Assembly: GCA_963664395.2 (NCBI GenBank)
Contig: OY761159.2
Location: 1,120,001 to 1,184,000 of the forward strand
DNA: 64,000 bases
Reading direction: 5' to 3'
Source: Candidatus Binatia bacterium
GTDB taxonomy: Bacteria; Desulfobacterota; Binatia; Bin18
Part shown: positions 10,047 to 19,424 of the stretch, piece after piece
Position numbering within the stretch: the stretch's first letter is position 1
Layout of the letters: every line of letters starts with the position of its first letter
Program-made: the position numbers and the translations under genes
Notes under the pieces: generated by a model
What the model saw: only the letters and a program-made list of their open reading frames with translations
Told to the model about the DNA's origin: nothing
The model's database searches: none

Positions 10047-10700
10047 TCAGCGCTGCGCCAGCGCCATCGCCGTCATGACTGCCTGTTCAATTTCAGCGAT
10101 CACGCTGCCGACTTCGCGGCCGATCAGATCCATCTTGCGGAGCTGCTCGATACGGGGACCGGACCGCTCAAGCTCGCGGGCGGCGAATATGTCGCCCAGG
10201 AAGCCACAGGCATCGACCAGACAGATCAGGGCGACATCCCTGGGATCGGGGATATCGTCGGACAGCAACACGTCCTCAATCCGCAATTTGACCTCGCGTT
10301 CGACGCGCCCGTCGATCGTCGGATAGCGCCGTGAACGGAAGACCCACAGGAATTTCTTGTCCTGGGACTCCAGAATGCCGCGCTCGATCAAACTGGCCAG
10401 CGCCTGCTGCCGGATTCCGGTCGTCTCCTGGCCGGCCAGTGTCTCTATCCAGCCCTTGGTATTCTTTGTCTCGCCGGAATTCGCAATATACGCCAGGGCC
10501 TGATCGAACATCGGGTTGCCGGTCGGCGTCGAGTCGAGACTCACGAGTTGCTCGGGGTCGGTGTCGATTCGGTTGGCGAAGGCCAAGTCCATCAGTACCG
10601 CGCCGGCAAGGATGTATTCCACGGCTCCCCCACGGATTGGCAGGAACGCCCCGTCATCATCCAGCATCAACAGCAGTATCTCTTCAGCGAATGTCAGCAT
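10047..10700 (-). CDS. GPP34/GOLPH3/Vps74 family protein
   Basis: LTFAEEILLLMLDD, LAGAVLMDL, L.ERGIL....KFLWVF..RRYP, PDPRD.ALI.L. Confidence 0.85.
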   Translation of the reverse strand: MLTFAEEILLLMLDDDGAFLPIRGGAVEYILAGAVLMDLAFANRIDTDPEQLVSLDSTPTGNPMFDQALAYIANSGETKNTKGWIETLAGQETTGIRQQALASLIERGILESQDKKFLWVFRSRRYPTIDGRVEREVKLRIEDVLLSDDIPDPRDVALICLVDACGFLGDIFAARELERSGPRIEQLRKMDLIGREVGSVIAEIEQAVMTAMALAQR

Positions 10701-10710
10701 AGCGCCGTCC

Positions 10711-11046
10711 TCAGGACCCCGCGGCCAGGGCGGCAGCGCGGGTGTCGTAGTAGTCGAGCATCGTCAGGAACCCGCTGACCTCCATGACCGCTTTGCACGT
10801 AGCCCTGAGCGCGCAGACCGTCAATTTGCCGCCGCCCTGTTGGCATTTTTTGGCACCAACGAGCACGACGCGCAGGCCGGCGCTGCTGATGTAATCCATC
10901 TTGCTGCAATCAAGCAGCACGCGGGTATCGCCGCGTTCGACGATGGCCGAAATGCACTTCTCCAGATCCGGCGCGGTAGAACCGTCAACGCGCCCGTCCG
11001 GCGCGACGACCACCACGGAGTCTATCGTTTGCTCTTCAATTTTCAT
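10711..11046 (-). CDS. STAS domain anti-sigma factor antagonist
   Basis: GRVD, LLDCSKMDYISSAGLRV, VMEVSGF; start at MKIEEQ. Confidence 0.9.
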   Translation of the reverse strand: MKIEEQTIDSVVVVAPDGRVDGSTAPDLEKCISAIVERGDTRVLLDCSKMDYISSAGLRVVLVGAKKCQQGGGKLTVCALRATCKAVMEVSGFLTMLDYYDTRAAALAAGS

Positions 11047-11257
11047 TGGGCAGCCTTTCTCTTCAATCTCGACCGAATAGCCGCGTTCAGCCGTCTGGCT
11101 GAGGCAGGGATAGCACAGCGGCCGGTAGGCGGCAACCCTTTCTTGACCGCCAGCGAAGCCCGCTCGTGGCAAGCCTCACTCTTGGCGAGGGCGATAATTG
11201 CTGGCAGAATGTCCTAAATTCAAGAGGCTGGACACCAAATCAAAAAGGGAGATGCGT

Positions 11258-12478
11258 ATGGACAACGGAATTTTATCAGGACTGCGAGTGATCGACTGCG
11301 GGACCTATGTTGCCGGACCGGCCTCGACGACCATTATGTCGGATTTCGGGGCCGAGGTATTGAAGATTGAGCGACCCCAGGGCGGCGACCTCTACCGCTC
11401 CATGTCGGATTTACCCGGCTTTGCCAAGGCAGACCTCAACTGGGGCTGGATTCTGACCAGTCGGAATAAGAAGAGCGTCGCCCTCGACCTGGCTTCACCC
11501 CAGGGCAGAGAGGTGCTCATTCGGCTGGTCAAGACTGCGGACGTGTTTGTCTCCAACTACCAGCATCCGCTGCTCGAAAAGTTCCGGCTGACCTGGGCTG
11601 ACCTTCAGCCGGAAAACGAGCGACTCATCTATGCCCATCTGAGCGGCTACGGAGATGCGGGCGAGGATGCCGACGCACCAACCTTTGACGCGCTGGCCTA
11701 TTGGGCGCGCTCGGGCCTGATGATGAGCGTCGTGGGCATGGACGGCACGCCCAGCGGCCCACGCCCCGGCATGGGCGACCACCCGACCTCGGTCTCTCTA
11801 TTTGGCGCGATTATGCTCGGCCTGTATCAGCGCGAACGCACCGGACGGGGCTTAAAGGTCGGGACCTCGTTACTGGCCAGCGGAGCCTGGGCCAACGCCT
11901 GCGACCTCCAGGCCAAATTCTGCAACGCCACGTTTCCGGAACGCGGCGACGACGGCACGCCGCCCAACCCGCTGGCAGCCGGCTATCGGAGTCGTGACGG
12001 CAAAGCCTTCTTGGCTATCCTGCTCGACCCCGACAAGGAATTTCCCAATCTGTGCAAGGCTCTCGGCCAAGCCGACCTGGCCACCAACCCGCTGTTTGCC
12101 ACCAACGAGGCCAGAGCGGAGAATGCCACAGCCCTCTTTGCCATTTTACAGGGCCAGTTTGAATCGCGGGACCTCGATGAATGGCGGGGGCTGTTCAAGC
12201 AGTCTGATATCAAATGGGCGCCCCTGCCGGTGCGAGACGAGGTGGTCGAAGACCCGCAGATGCGGGCCGCCGGCGCCTTTGTGGATATGGAGTACCCTGG
12301 GCACGGCACGCTGACGACCATCAACAGCCCCATTTTTACGACCGCCGGTGACAAGCGAACGCCCACCCCGGCGCCGCAGTTGGGCGATCATACCGGCGAG
12401 ATCCTGCGCGACCTGGGGTATGACGAAGCAGCCATAGCCGCGCTGGTGCGTGACGGCGTGGCCGCGGTGGGTGAGTAA
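11258..12478 (+). CDS. CaiB/BaiF family III CoA transferase
   Basis: LSGLRVID, AGP, DFGAEVLKIE, RNKKSVALDL, APQLGDHT. Confidence 0.93.
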   Translation: MDNGILSGLRVIDCGTYVAGPASTTIMSDFGAEVLKIERPQGGDLYRSMSDLPGFAKADLNWGWILTSRNKKSVALDLASPQGREVLIRLVKTADVFVSNYQHPLLEKFRLTWADLQPENERLIYAHLSGYGDAGEDADAPTFDALAYWARSGLMMSVVGMDGTPSGPRPGMGDHPTSVSLFGAIMLGLYQRERTGRGLKVGTSLLASGAWANACDLQAKFCNATFPERGDDGTPPNPLAAGYRSRDGKAFLAILLDPDKEFPNLCKALGQADLATNPLFATNEARAENATALFAILQGQFESRDLDEWRGLFKQSDIKWAPLPVRDEVVEDPQMRAAGAFVDMEYPGHGTLTTINSPIFTTAGDKRTPTPAPQLGDHTGEILRDLGYDEAAIAALVRDGVAAVGE

Positions 12479-12487
12479 CTTCAGCCA

Positions 12488-12529
12488 GTAGTGTCGGATG
12501 ACGCCTGTGGCTCATCCGGCCTACGGACT
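12488..12529. repeat. GTAG-class REP-like palindrome, copy 1
   Basis: GTAGTGTCGGATGACGCCTGTGGCTCATCCGGCCTACGGACT; related copies at 15561, 16080, 46975. Confidence 0.8.
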
Positions 12530-12578
12530 GGGGAGTTGGGTGATGCTGCACGTATCATTCTGAGAAAGGGGGAATACG

Positions 12579-13220
12579 ATGAGCGATCCATCCAATATTG
12601 ATCCATCACTTCGAGATTTCATCAAGGACGAAGCAGACAGAGCTCGGGGCGAAGCGATAGCTGATACTGATCGCTTGCGTCGCGACTTCAAAGTGGCAGG
12701 TATCGTCATCACCCCTCTCCTGGCTCTGGCAGCTTTCTTTGGCATCCCGACGCTGATCAATAACGCGGTCGAAAAAGCCATGAAAGAATATGCTATCAAG
12801 GAAGTCAGTGAGAGGGCGGAGGAAATTAGCAAGAATTTGGAAGAGACGAACGATAAAGCAGGAATGCTCCTCAATAATATTACAGAAGCCGCTAACAAGG
12901 TGGCGGAAGAAAAAAGACTCTTCCTGGAAGAGTTGGTTGGTCTGGGCATCGAAACTCGTCGCTACCGGCTAAACTTACCCCAAAGACAAGGAACTTACTC
13001 TTACGAGACCGGTCTGAAGAAGACCAAATTCGAGGCAGCCATAGTGAGTAGTTGGAGACTTTCGGGAGCGCGCTGCTCATACTCTGACTTGGAGGAGACT
13101 TGGCGAATCAAGGTTACCAAACCGCTAGGCTGTCCAAGACTGGATGTACGGATCGTGTATTTGCCTACTGCAATCGTAAAGAAGGCTTATGATAGCGTAA
13201 CACTGAATCCCATCAGGTAG
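12579..13220 (+). CDS. hypothetical protein, single TM helix + coiled coil + beta-rich C-terminus
   Basis: 213 aa ORF with RBS AAAGGGGG; hydrophobic VAGIVITPLLALAAFFGIP; E/K-rich helix. Confidence 0.65.
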   Translation: MSDPSNIDPSLRDFIKDEADRARGEAIADTDRLRRDFKVAGIVITPLLALAAFFGIPTLINNAVEKAMKEYAIKEVSERAEEISKNLEETNDKAGMLLNNITEAANKVAEEKRLFLEELVGLGIETRRYRLNLPQRQGTYSYETGLKKTKFEAAIVSSWRLSGARCSYSDLEETWRIKVTKPLGCPRLDVRIVYLPTAIVKKAYDSVTLNPIR

Positions 13221-13389
13221 GGGCGATGCGTCGTGATGAAGCACATCCTCGATACGGGAGAAACGCTTATAGATTACTTGATCGTCCTTCAAAATCCTGT
13301 TGAACTCAATGAATGCCTGACATCATGAAGACCCCACAATATACCCTAGGCCGCCATGAACGTGGAGGAATTTCCGTCTTCCATATTTC

Positions 13390-14739
13390 TTGAGCCCCAT
13401 ACCGATGCCAATAGCGACTGAGACGCTTCCCCATACGAGCGGCGCCCGGAATAACCAGAACAAGCTCCGGCCCGAAGACCAGCCGGTTCACGACTGGTAT
13501 CGGTTTGTACTGTCATTCCCACCCCACTTGGTCCGTGACTATCTTGGACGGTTTGGCGTTCGCCCCTCCGAGACGGTTCTCGATCCATTCTGCGGAACCG
13601 GCACCACATTGGTTGAGTGTAAGAAACTCGGCATTCGGAGTGTCGGAATCGAGTCGAACCCCATGGCGCACCTCGCAAGCTCGGTAAAAGTCGATTGGTC
13701 AGTCGATCGTACCGGACTTCTGGACTATGCCGAGCAGGTTGTCACGTCAGCGAGAAAAACTCTGGAACAACAGGGCATAAGTGAATGGACCGGCCTCCCG
13801 CTGTTTACCGCTACTAGACCGGAACACTCACCGCTGGCCGAACTGCGTCCTGAGCAGTTAAAATTGCTATTAAAGGACTCAATCAGCCCTCTCCCCCTGC
13901 ACAAGACCTTAATGTTGCTGGACGCAATCGACCGACAGGGCGACCGGCAGATGCAGCAATACGGACGGCTCGCACTGGCCAGTGCGCTGGTACAGCGTAT
14001 CGGCAACCTGAAGTTTGGCCCGGAAGTAGGGGTTGGGAGGATGAAGGATGACGCTCCGGTCTTCGATGCCTGGCTTGACCGTGTCCGGTCCATGGCAAGC
14101 AACATTGGTCTCGTCGGAGACCGAGCTGACGTGACCGCCCGAGTCATTAAGGCCGACTCCCGACAGATCGGCCAGATTCTGGAGCCGCAATCGGTCGATG
14201 TGGTCATCACGTCCCCGCCATACCCAAACGAGAAAGACTATACGCGCACGACGCGCTTGGAGTCCGTCATCCTTGGATTGATACGCAACAAACAGGACTT
14301 GCGGGCGCTGAAACAGGGCTTGGTCAGATCCAATACGAGGGGTGTGTACAAATCGGATACGGACGATCTTGAGGTTGCGGACAATGTCGAAATACGAAAC
14401 ATCGCCGAGGCCATTGAGCAACGTCGGGTTGCGTTGGGAAAAACCTCCGGCTTCGAGCGGCTCTATCCACGCGTCACCCGGCTGTACTTTGGCGGTATGG
14501 CACGACATCTGGCTTCCCTCCGGCCCGTCCTCAAACCGGGGGCGCGACTCGCTTATGTGGTGGGCGACCAGGCGTCCTATCTGCGGGTCATGATTCGGAC
14601 AGGGCGTCTGCTGGCCGAACTGGCGCAATCGTTGAACTACACTGTTGCTGGCATTGACCTGTTTCGGACCCGGCTGTCAACGGTGACCGGCGAGCAGCTT
14701 CGGGAAGAAGTCGTTCTGCTCGAATGGCCGGGTCACTGA
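13390..14739 (+). CDS. amino-DNA methyltransferase (probably N4-cytosine) of a Type II R-M system
   Basis: VHDWYRF, motif I LDPFCGTGTT, motif IV VITSPPY, LKPGA...VVGD. Confidence 0.88.
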   Translation: MSPIPMPIATETLPHTSGARNNQNKLRPEDQPVHDWYRFVLSFPPHLVRDYLGRFGVRPSETVLDPFCGTGTTLVECKKLGIRSVGIESNPMAHLASSVKVDWSVDRTGLLDYAEQVVTSARKTLEQQGISEWTGLPLFTATRPEHSPLAELRPEQLKLLLKDSISPLPLHKTLMLLDAIDRQGDRQMQQYGRLALASALVQRIGNLKFGPEVGVGRMKDDAPVFDAWLDRVRSMASNIGLVGDRADVTARVIKADSRQIGQILEPQSVDVVITSPPYPNEKDYTRTTRLESVILGLIRNKQDLRALKQGLVRSNTRGVYKSDTDDLEVADNVEIRNIAEAIEQRRVALGKTSGFERLYPRVTRLYFGGMARHLASLRPVLKPGARLAYVVGDQASYLRVMIRTGRLLAELAQSLNYTVAGIDLFRTRLSTVTGEQLREEVVLLEWPGH

Positions 14740-15554
14740 CCGAGAGGGGGTACGCTATTCCGTCCCGGAACCGCTATGTGGCGATCATTGAGGCGATTTT
14801 TCACGCCAAGTATCAACCTGGACAACGGGCGGTGGCTTTCGAGCGAGAAGATATCGTCACGTTCGCATCCAGACTGAATATCCAGCTTCCCAAAAATCTG
14901 GGCGACTTGGTCTACAGCTTCAGATATCGAACTGCGCTCCCGTCGAGCATTCTTGCCGAGGCTCCTGCAGGAGAAACCTGGATCATTCGTCCCGCAGGAC
15001 GGAGTCGATACCAATTTGTCTTGGTGGCCGACAGGCCGCTCATTCCTAACCCGAACCTTGCGGTGACGAAGGTCCCCGACGCGACTCCCGGAATCATCGC
15101 GAAATATGCGTTCAATGATGAGCAAGCTGTCCTGGCTCGTATTCGTTACAACCGATTGATCGACATCTTCTTGGGGATAGTCTGCTATTCGCTCCAAAAC
15201 CATCTGAGGACGACTGTGCCTCAAATGGGCCAAGTAGAGACGGATGAAATATACGTGGGTGTGGACAAGAGCGGCTCTCATTACGTCGTACCTGTCCAGG
15301 CCAAGGGGGAGAAGGATACGCTCAGCAGAGTTCAGATTGAGCAAGACATAGGGCTGTGCGCCGATAGACTCCCGTCTCTGATCTGCCGGCCCGTTGGAGC
15401 GCAGCCCATGCGGGACAACCTGATTGTGCTCTTTGAGTTTGAGCACGCGAGTGGCGATGTGAGAGTAGTTTCGGAAAAGCATTATCAACTGGTGCCACCG
15501 GACGGCGTAACCGCCGAAGACCTGACCGCCTATCGACAACGACTGTCGGATTGA
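14724..15554 (+). CDS. putative Type II restriction endonuclease (PD-(D/E)xK-like)
   Basis: overlaps the MTase; QVETDEIY...PVQAKG catalytic-like motif. Confidence 0.72.
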   Translation: MAGSLTERGYAIPSRNRYVAIIEAIFHAKYQPGQRAVAFEREDIVTFASRLNIQLPKNLGDLVYSFRYRTALPSSILAEAPAGETWIIRPAGRSRYQFVLVADRPLIPNPNLAVTKVPDATPGIIAKYAFNDEQAVLARIRYNRLIDIFLGIVCYSLQNHLRTTVPQMGQVETDEIYVGVDKSGSHYVVPVQAKGEKDTLSRVQIEQDIGLCADRLPSLICRPVGAQPMRDNLIVLFEFEHASGDVRVVSEKHYQLVPPDGVTAEDLTAYRQRLSD

Positions 15555-15560
15555 TAGCCC

Positions 15561-15601
15561 GTAGGTCGTATTACGCCTGCGGCTCATCCGACCTACGGAC
15601 T
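15561..15601. repeat. GTAG-class REP-like palindrome, copy 2
   Basis: GTAGGTCGTATTACGCCTGCGGCTCATCCGACCTACGGACT between convergent genes. Confidence 0.8.
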
Positions 15602-16028
15602 ACCAGCCGGCCACATCTTTTCTGGCGATGATCCGGGTCGGCGTGACCCGGACGATCAGTTCTCCCGGTACGCTGTTGCGCTTGCCGTAAGCCGCGGATT
15701 GGTCGGCGCCCATATAGCGTCCACCAATCCGCGTTGCCCAGTACAGGAGTTGCTCAGGGTCATCGCTCAGGCTGGCCGTGCCGTCGATCTGGACAAACGC
15801 AAACGGCGGAGTTTCATCGTCAACGCACAGGCTGACTCGCGGGTCACGCCGCAGGTTGGCCGCCTTGACGCTGGCCTGCCAGGTGGAAAAGACCAGCGTC
15901 TTGCCGTCCACATCGAACCAGACCGGGACAACGTGGGGATGGCCGTTTGCTTTGACCGTAGCGCACTGGGCGGTGCGAGCCTGTTCGGTCAGAAAGGTCC
16001 AGACTTCGTCAGTCGTCATCCTTTTCAT
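15600..16028 (-). CDS. PPOX class (F420-dependent-like) oxidoreductase
   Basis: ATV..NG.PHVVPVWF, K..NLRRDPRVSLCVDD..PPF. Confidence 0.88.
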   Translation of the reverse strand: MKRMTTDEVWTFLTEQARTAQCATVKANGHPHVVPVWFDVDGKTLVFSTWQASVKAANLRRDPRVSLCVDDETPPFAFVQIDGTASLSDDPEQLLYWATRIGGRYMGADQSAAYGKRNSVPGELIVRVTPTRIIARKDVAGW

Positions 16029-16079
16029 GACCGGAATTATGACTGCTTTCTCATGCTGAAGCAAAGCAGCCGCAGAAAT

Positions 16080-16116
16080 GTCGGATTACGCCTACGGCTA
16101 ATCCGACCTACGGACT
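16080..16116. repeat. GTAG-class REP-like palindrome, copy 3
   Basis: GTCGGATTACGCCTACGGCTAATCCGACCTACGGACT. Confidence 0.82.
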
Positions 16117-16159
16117 TACGCGGCCTGTCGTCCCGTATGGCGGGCTGAATCAACCAGAC

Positions 16160-17044
16160 TCAACGTGGATCGTTGGGGAGGCTGCGCTGAGTAAAGCCCA
16201 CTACCATACCAAAGGCTTGCTCCGGCCCGAGAATGATGGTGTCTGCGCCGTCCGGTTCGGGCCGGAGCTGCTTGTCTCTCAGAAAATCCTGGGCTTGGCC
16301 AAGGTCGGCAGTCTTGAATATCAGGGAATAAATGCCCTCACCGTTTTGCTCCAGCTCACGGCCTTCTGGACTGGTCGAAGAAAGAGGCTGGGCCAGTTCC
16401 ACGACCGTATCTTCACCAACGGCGACAAAGGCACTCTGCTTGCGACCCTCGGTGTGCTCCTCGTGGAGCAGGCTCCCGTCCAGAATGTCGCAATACAGCC
16501 GCTTAGCCGAAGGCAGGTCTCTGACAACGACACCGATGTGCGAGGCGCGCTGGATGCCGAGCGGATGCTGGCGCCAGGGGTCGCTTGACCAGCCCGGTTC
16601 CAGGCGTGGGTCGGCAATGTAATCGCCGGACAGGGCAAACTCCAGTTGGCCGGGTGTCTGTCTCGGATGCGTCCAAATGGCCGCCGTCTTGTATGGCGGC
16701 TGCACCTCTTTGCCGACAAGATTATAGAGCCGCAGGCCGGCCGTATCGAGCCGGGCGGAGATGGCCGCAACATCGTCCACATACCAGGCAATGGAGTGGA
16801 AGTGCTGTCCGAAACGCTCGTGAAATCTTTTCACCGACGGATTCCTGAGGTTCGCTACGCGGGCGGGCATCATCGGCTCCATGATGACGTCGCCGATGGC
16901 AATCAGGGAGGCATTACGGCCGGCCAGCTCTTCATAGCCGTTATAGAAGCGCGTGACGGAGAACACGTCGTCATACCACCGGTCAACGGCTTCGAGGTCG
17001 TCCACAACGTGGGTGAGATGAAACAGCTTGCCTATGGTGAACAT
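16160..17044 (-). CDS. VOC/glyoxalase family protein, two domains
   Basis: FHLTHVVDDL, HSIAWYVDD, SHIGVVVRDL, VELAQP. Confidence 0.85.
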   Translation of the reverse strand: MFTIGKLFHLTHVVDDLEAVDRWYDDVFSVTRFYNGYEELAGRNASLIAIGDVIMEPMMPARVANLRNPSVKRFHERFGQHFHSIAWYVDDVAAISARLDTAGLRLYNLVGKEVQPPYKTAAIWTHPRQTPGQLEFALSGDYIADPRLEPGWSSDPWRQHPLGIQRASHIGVVVRDLPSAKRLYCDILDGSLLHEEHTEGRKQSAFVAVGEDTVVELAQPLSSTSPEGRELEQNGEGIYSLIFKTADLGQAQDFLRDKQLRPEPDGADTIILGPEQAFGMVVGFTQRSLPNDPR

Positions 17045-17061
17045 GGAGCCTCCTTTCAGCC

Positions 17062-17664
17062 TCAGAGAGAATTTAGAGCTCTCACCCGCCCGGCAAACGG
17101 TGCAAATCCGTTAGGACAGCGGGCTTCAAGTTTCTCCATATCAGTTCTTTTTGCTATCTCCGCATACATCGCTCTTGGACTGAGTTGAGAGCGAGCCTCA
17201 TTTCTCAAACTTTCACATCTGCTCTTGGGATCGTCCTCAGACTCAGGATTCGGTGAGAGATCAATATGCGTCCCTAACACCGCTGATAAGGCTTGCTCAT
17301 CGGCAAGCATCCAGGCATCAAAAGTCTTGATCGCCACGCCGAGCGCTCGCGGGAGCGGCAATCGGAGGTCGTCCTGAGCTCGGTCGAATTGCTGTTTCCT
17401 CTCCCTCTTACCGTCTTGGTCAATGACGAGAATAATCGCATCATACCCTTCGCGTTCAGCCAGACGAATCCAGCCCAAAGCCCGCTTCTCATAGCCATCA
17501 CCCTTCCCGGGCTGGAGATGTACACGAACTCGTGGGCTCTTCACTCTATCCCGATTAAAGATTACGTTTTCGCCGAGCAGTCTGCGCGACAGAACGACCA
17601 AGGCGCCTTCAAGATTGTCATCTCCCAATTCGTGTGCTCCTTCGGAGACAATGAGAATTCTCAT
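17062..17664 (-). CDS. DUF4276/RloB-like TOPRIM-fold protein
   Basis: IVSEG, LVIDQD, FDAWMLADE motifs; overlaps the ATPase stop (ATGA). Confidence 0.7.
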   Translation of the reverse strand: MRILIVSEGAHELGDDNLEGALVVLSRRLLGENVIFNRDRVKSPRVRVHLQPGKGDGYEKRALGWIRLAEREGYDAIILVIDQDGKRERKQQFDRAQDDLRLPLPRALGVAIKTFDAWMLADEQALSAVLGTHIDLSPNPESEDDPKSRCESLRNEARSQLSPRAMYAEIAKRTDMEKLEARCPNGFAPFAGRVRALNSL

Positions 17665-18866
17665 TTACTGGCTGCCACACGGGGAGGAGAGGTTTCGGCC
17701 AGAGCTTCATCACCTTCGGCTGTCCAGATCTCACCTAACGTGAATATGTCAATTTGTTCTTTGACAGTTCGGCTCTCGGAGAGCTGATGGACTACGACCG
17801 ACCCATCCTTTTCCTTATGACACAGAGAGACCTCGTCAGGCTGGAATTGATCAACAACATAGGGGGAATGTGTGGTGAGAATAATTTGCGTATGCCCTTG
17901 CTCAGTGATCAGTTCACGAAGAATCTGGAGCACATCCTGCAGGCGTTTGGGGTGAATACCATTCTCCGGTTCTTCGATAAGGAGAACACGGGGTGGGTAG
18001 GGTAAATATAAGATAGTGAGGTAGGCCAAAACCAGGAGCATCCCATCGGAAACCTGAGCGGCTGGAAGCTCTTGTTTGTTTTTTTTTAATCTGAAGTAGA
18101 GTCCTTTTCCGTCAGCGTGCTCAAGTATAGGAATCTGTTCCGGATCGTCGATTGGTCCGGTGAATGCCTGTTCCCGAATGAGCAGAATGGAATCTACTTC
18201 TGGAAAAATCCGCTTAAAATGGTTCTCCAGATTATCGAATTGTCGTCTGTCATAACCAAGAATGTCGTCCAGGCAGAGCGCTAATCCAAAACCGGTCGAT
18301 TCCATCCGAAACCGACGTTGAGATTGTGCGGCAACAGGCAGGGAGAGCAGTCTTGGCACCCAGCGGTACAGGTGAACCCCAGAGAAAACGTGGTAGAACT
18401 CTCTCGCGGCAGCGCGTTGCTCGTCAGACATTTGATTCGCGAATGCGTCGCCGTCACGTGTAGAGATGTCATACAACACAGTCCAAGAGATGGGTAAGTT
18501 CTTCCATACTGCTGGCTCCGACACGGGATCAAATTTTAATAGCTCTTCTTTGACTTTGACATTCCGCCCCTTTTGCGCGAATCGACATCCGAGCCGGTAT
18601 TTCCAATCTTTCTCCCCGGTATTCCCTTCTGCTTCAAGAGCAACGATCTGATCAATATCTCCTTTCCAGACCAAATCGGCTCCTTGCCAGGACCCAACAA
18701 ATGCTTGTGGCAGTTCATGATCCACACTTCGGCATAAAGAAGCGAGGGCTTCCAGGATGCTCGTCTTGCCAGAGTCGTTCGGGCCAATCAGGACATGTAT
18801 TGGCGTCAGGTCCAGCGTCACATCGCGCAGGGCTTTGTAGTTTTGGACCCGAAAACGGGTGATCAT
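17661..18866 (-). CDS. ABC/AAA_21-type ATPase
   Basis: VQNYKAL, Walker A GPNDSGKT, signature VSDGM, Walker B LIEEPENGIHP, TTHSP. Confidence 0.9.
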   Translation of the reverse strand: MITRFRVQNYKALRDVTLDLTPIHVLIGPNDSGKTSILEALASLCRSVDHELPQAFVGSWQGADLVWKGDIDQIVALEAEGNTGEKDWKYRLGCRFAQKGRNVKVKEELLKFDPVSEPAVWKNLPISWTVLYDISTRDGDAFANQMSDEQRAAAREFYHVFSGVHLYRWVPRLLSLPVAAQSQRRFRMESTGFGLALCLDDILGYDRRQFDNLENHFKRIFPEVDSILLIREQAFTGPIDDPEQIPILEHADGKGLYFRLKKNKQELPAAQVSDGMLLVLAYLTILYLPYPPRVLLIEEPENGIHPKRLQDVLQILRELITEQGHTQIILTTHSPYVVDQFQPDEVSLCHKEKDGSVVVHQLSESRTVKEQIDIFTLGEIWTAEGDEALAETSPPRVAASK

Positions 18867-18938
18867 TTTCCGCTCCCTCGTATGGAATGGATTGGCTGCT
18901 TCCAGGATAACATGAGACCTCGCGCCGTACCCCTTTGC

Positions 18939-19397
18939 TCAGTCGTTATTGGCCCAGCTCTCTTCGTAGTTCGTGCTCATGCGGCCACGCGCGCGGAGGT
19001 GCTGTATCTTCCACTCTCCGTTCACTTTGACGTAATCGTCTTCATAGCGCGCCGCCAGCCACTTGGCCTGATTGTTCTTATAGAACGTGAACGGCCCAAA
19101 GAAATACCAGATACCTGTGGCCCGCTCGCCATCGATTTTGATGATCGGGTTCATCACCTGGTGCTGGGAGAAACTGATCAGCGTCTGGAATTTTTTGAAC
19201 AGCTCGCGAATGGCCGCATGGCCCTGGGCCTTGCCGAAACCAGCGCCTTCCCAGATACCGTCTTGGGCAAAAATCGTGGTGATGCGGTCCGGGTTGTGAT
19301 CGTCATCGCAAATATCACAATAAGTTGCCTTGAGCTGTTTGATGGCCTCAAGGTCCTCAATACGGGTTAATCTCTGTTCGAGTGCAGCTATATCCAT
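18939..19397 (-). CDS. NTF2/SnoaL-like (LinA/BaiE-type) protein
   Basis: EDLEAIKQLKA.YC...DD, NPIIKIDGERA.G.W, RYEDDYVKVNGEWKI. Confidence 0.88.
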   Translation of the reverse strand: MDIAALEQRLTRIEDLEAIKQLKATYCDICDDDHNPDRITTIFAQDGIWEGAGFGKAQGHAAIRELFKKFQTLISFSQHQVMNPIIKIDGERATGIWYFFGPFTFYKNNQAKWLAARYEDDYVKVNGEWKIQHLRARGRMSTNYEESWANND

Positions 19398-19424
19398 TGT
19401 CTTTCTCCTTCCCGTGTTTCAGAC

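Noticed and set aside
12488-16116. Repeats as integron attC sites or a CRISPR array
   Set aside because: No RYYYAAC/GTTRRRY ends, no intI or cas gene, and spacing is irregular and gene-sized; a REP interpretation fits better.
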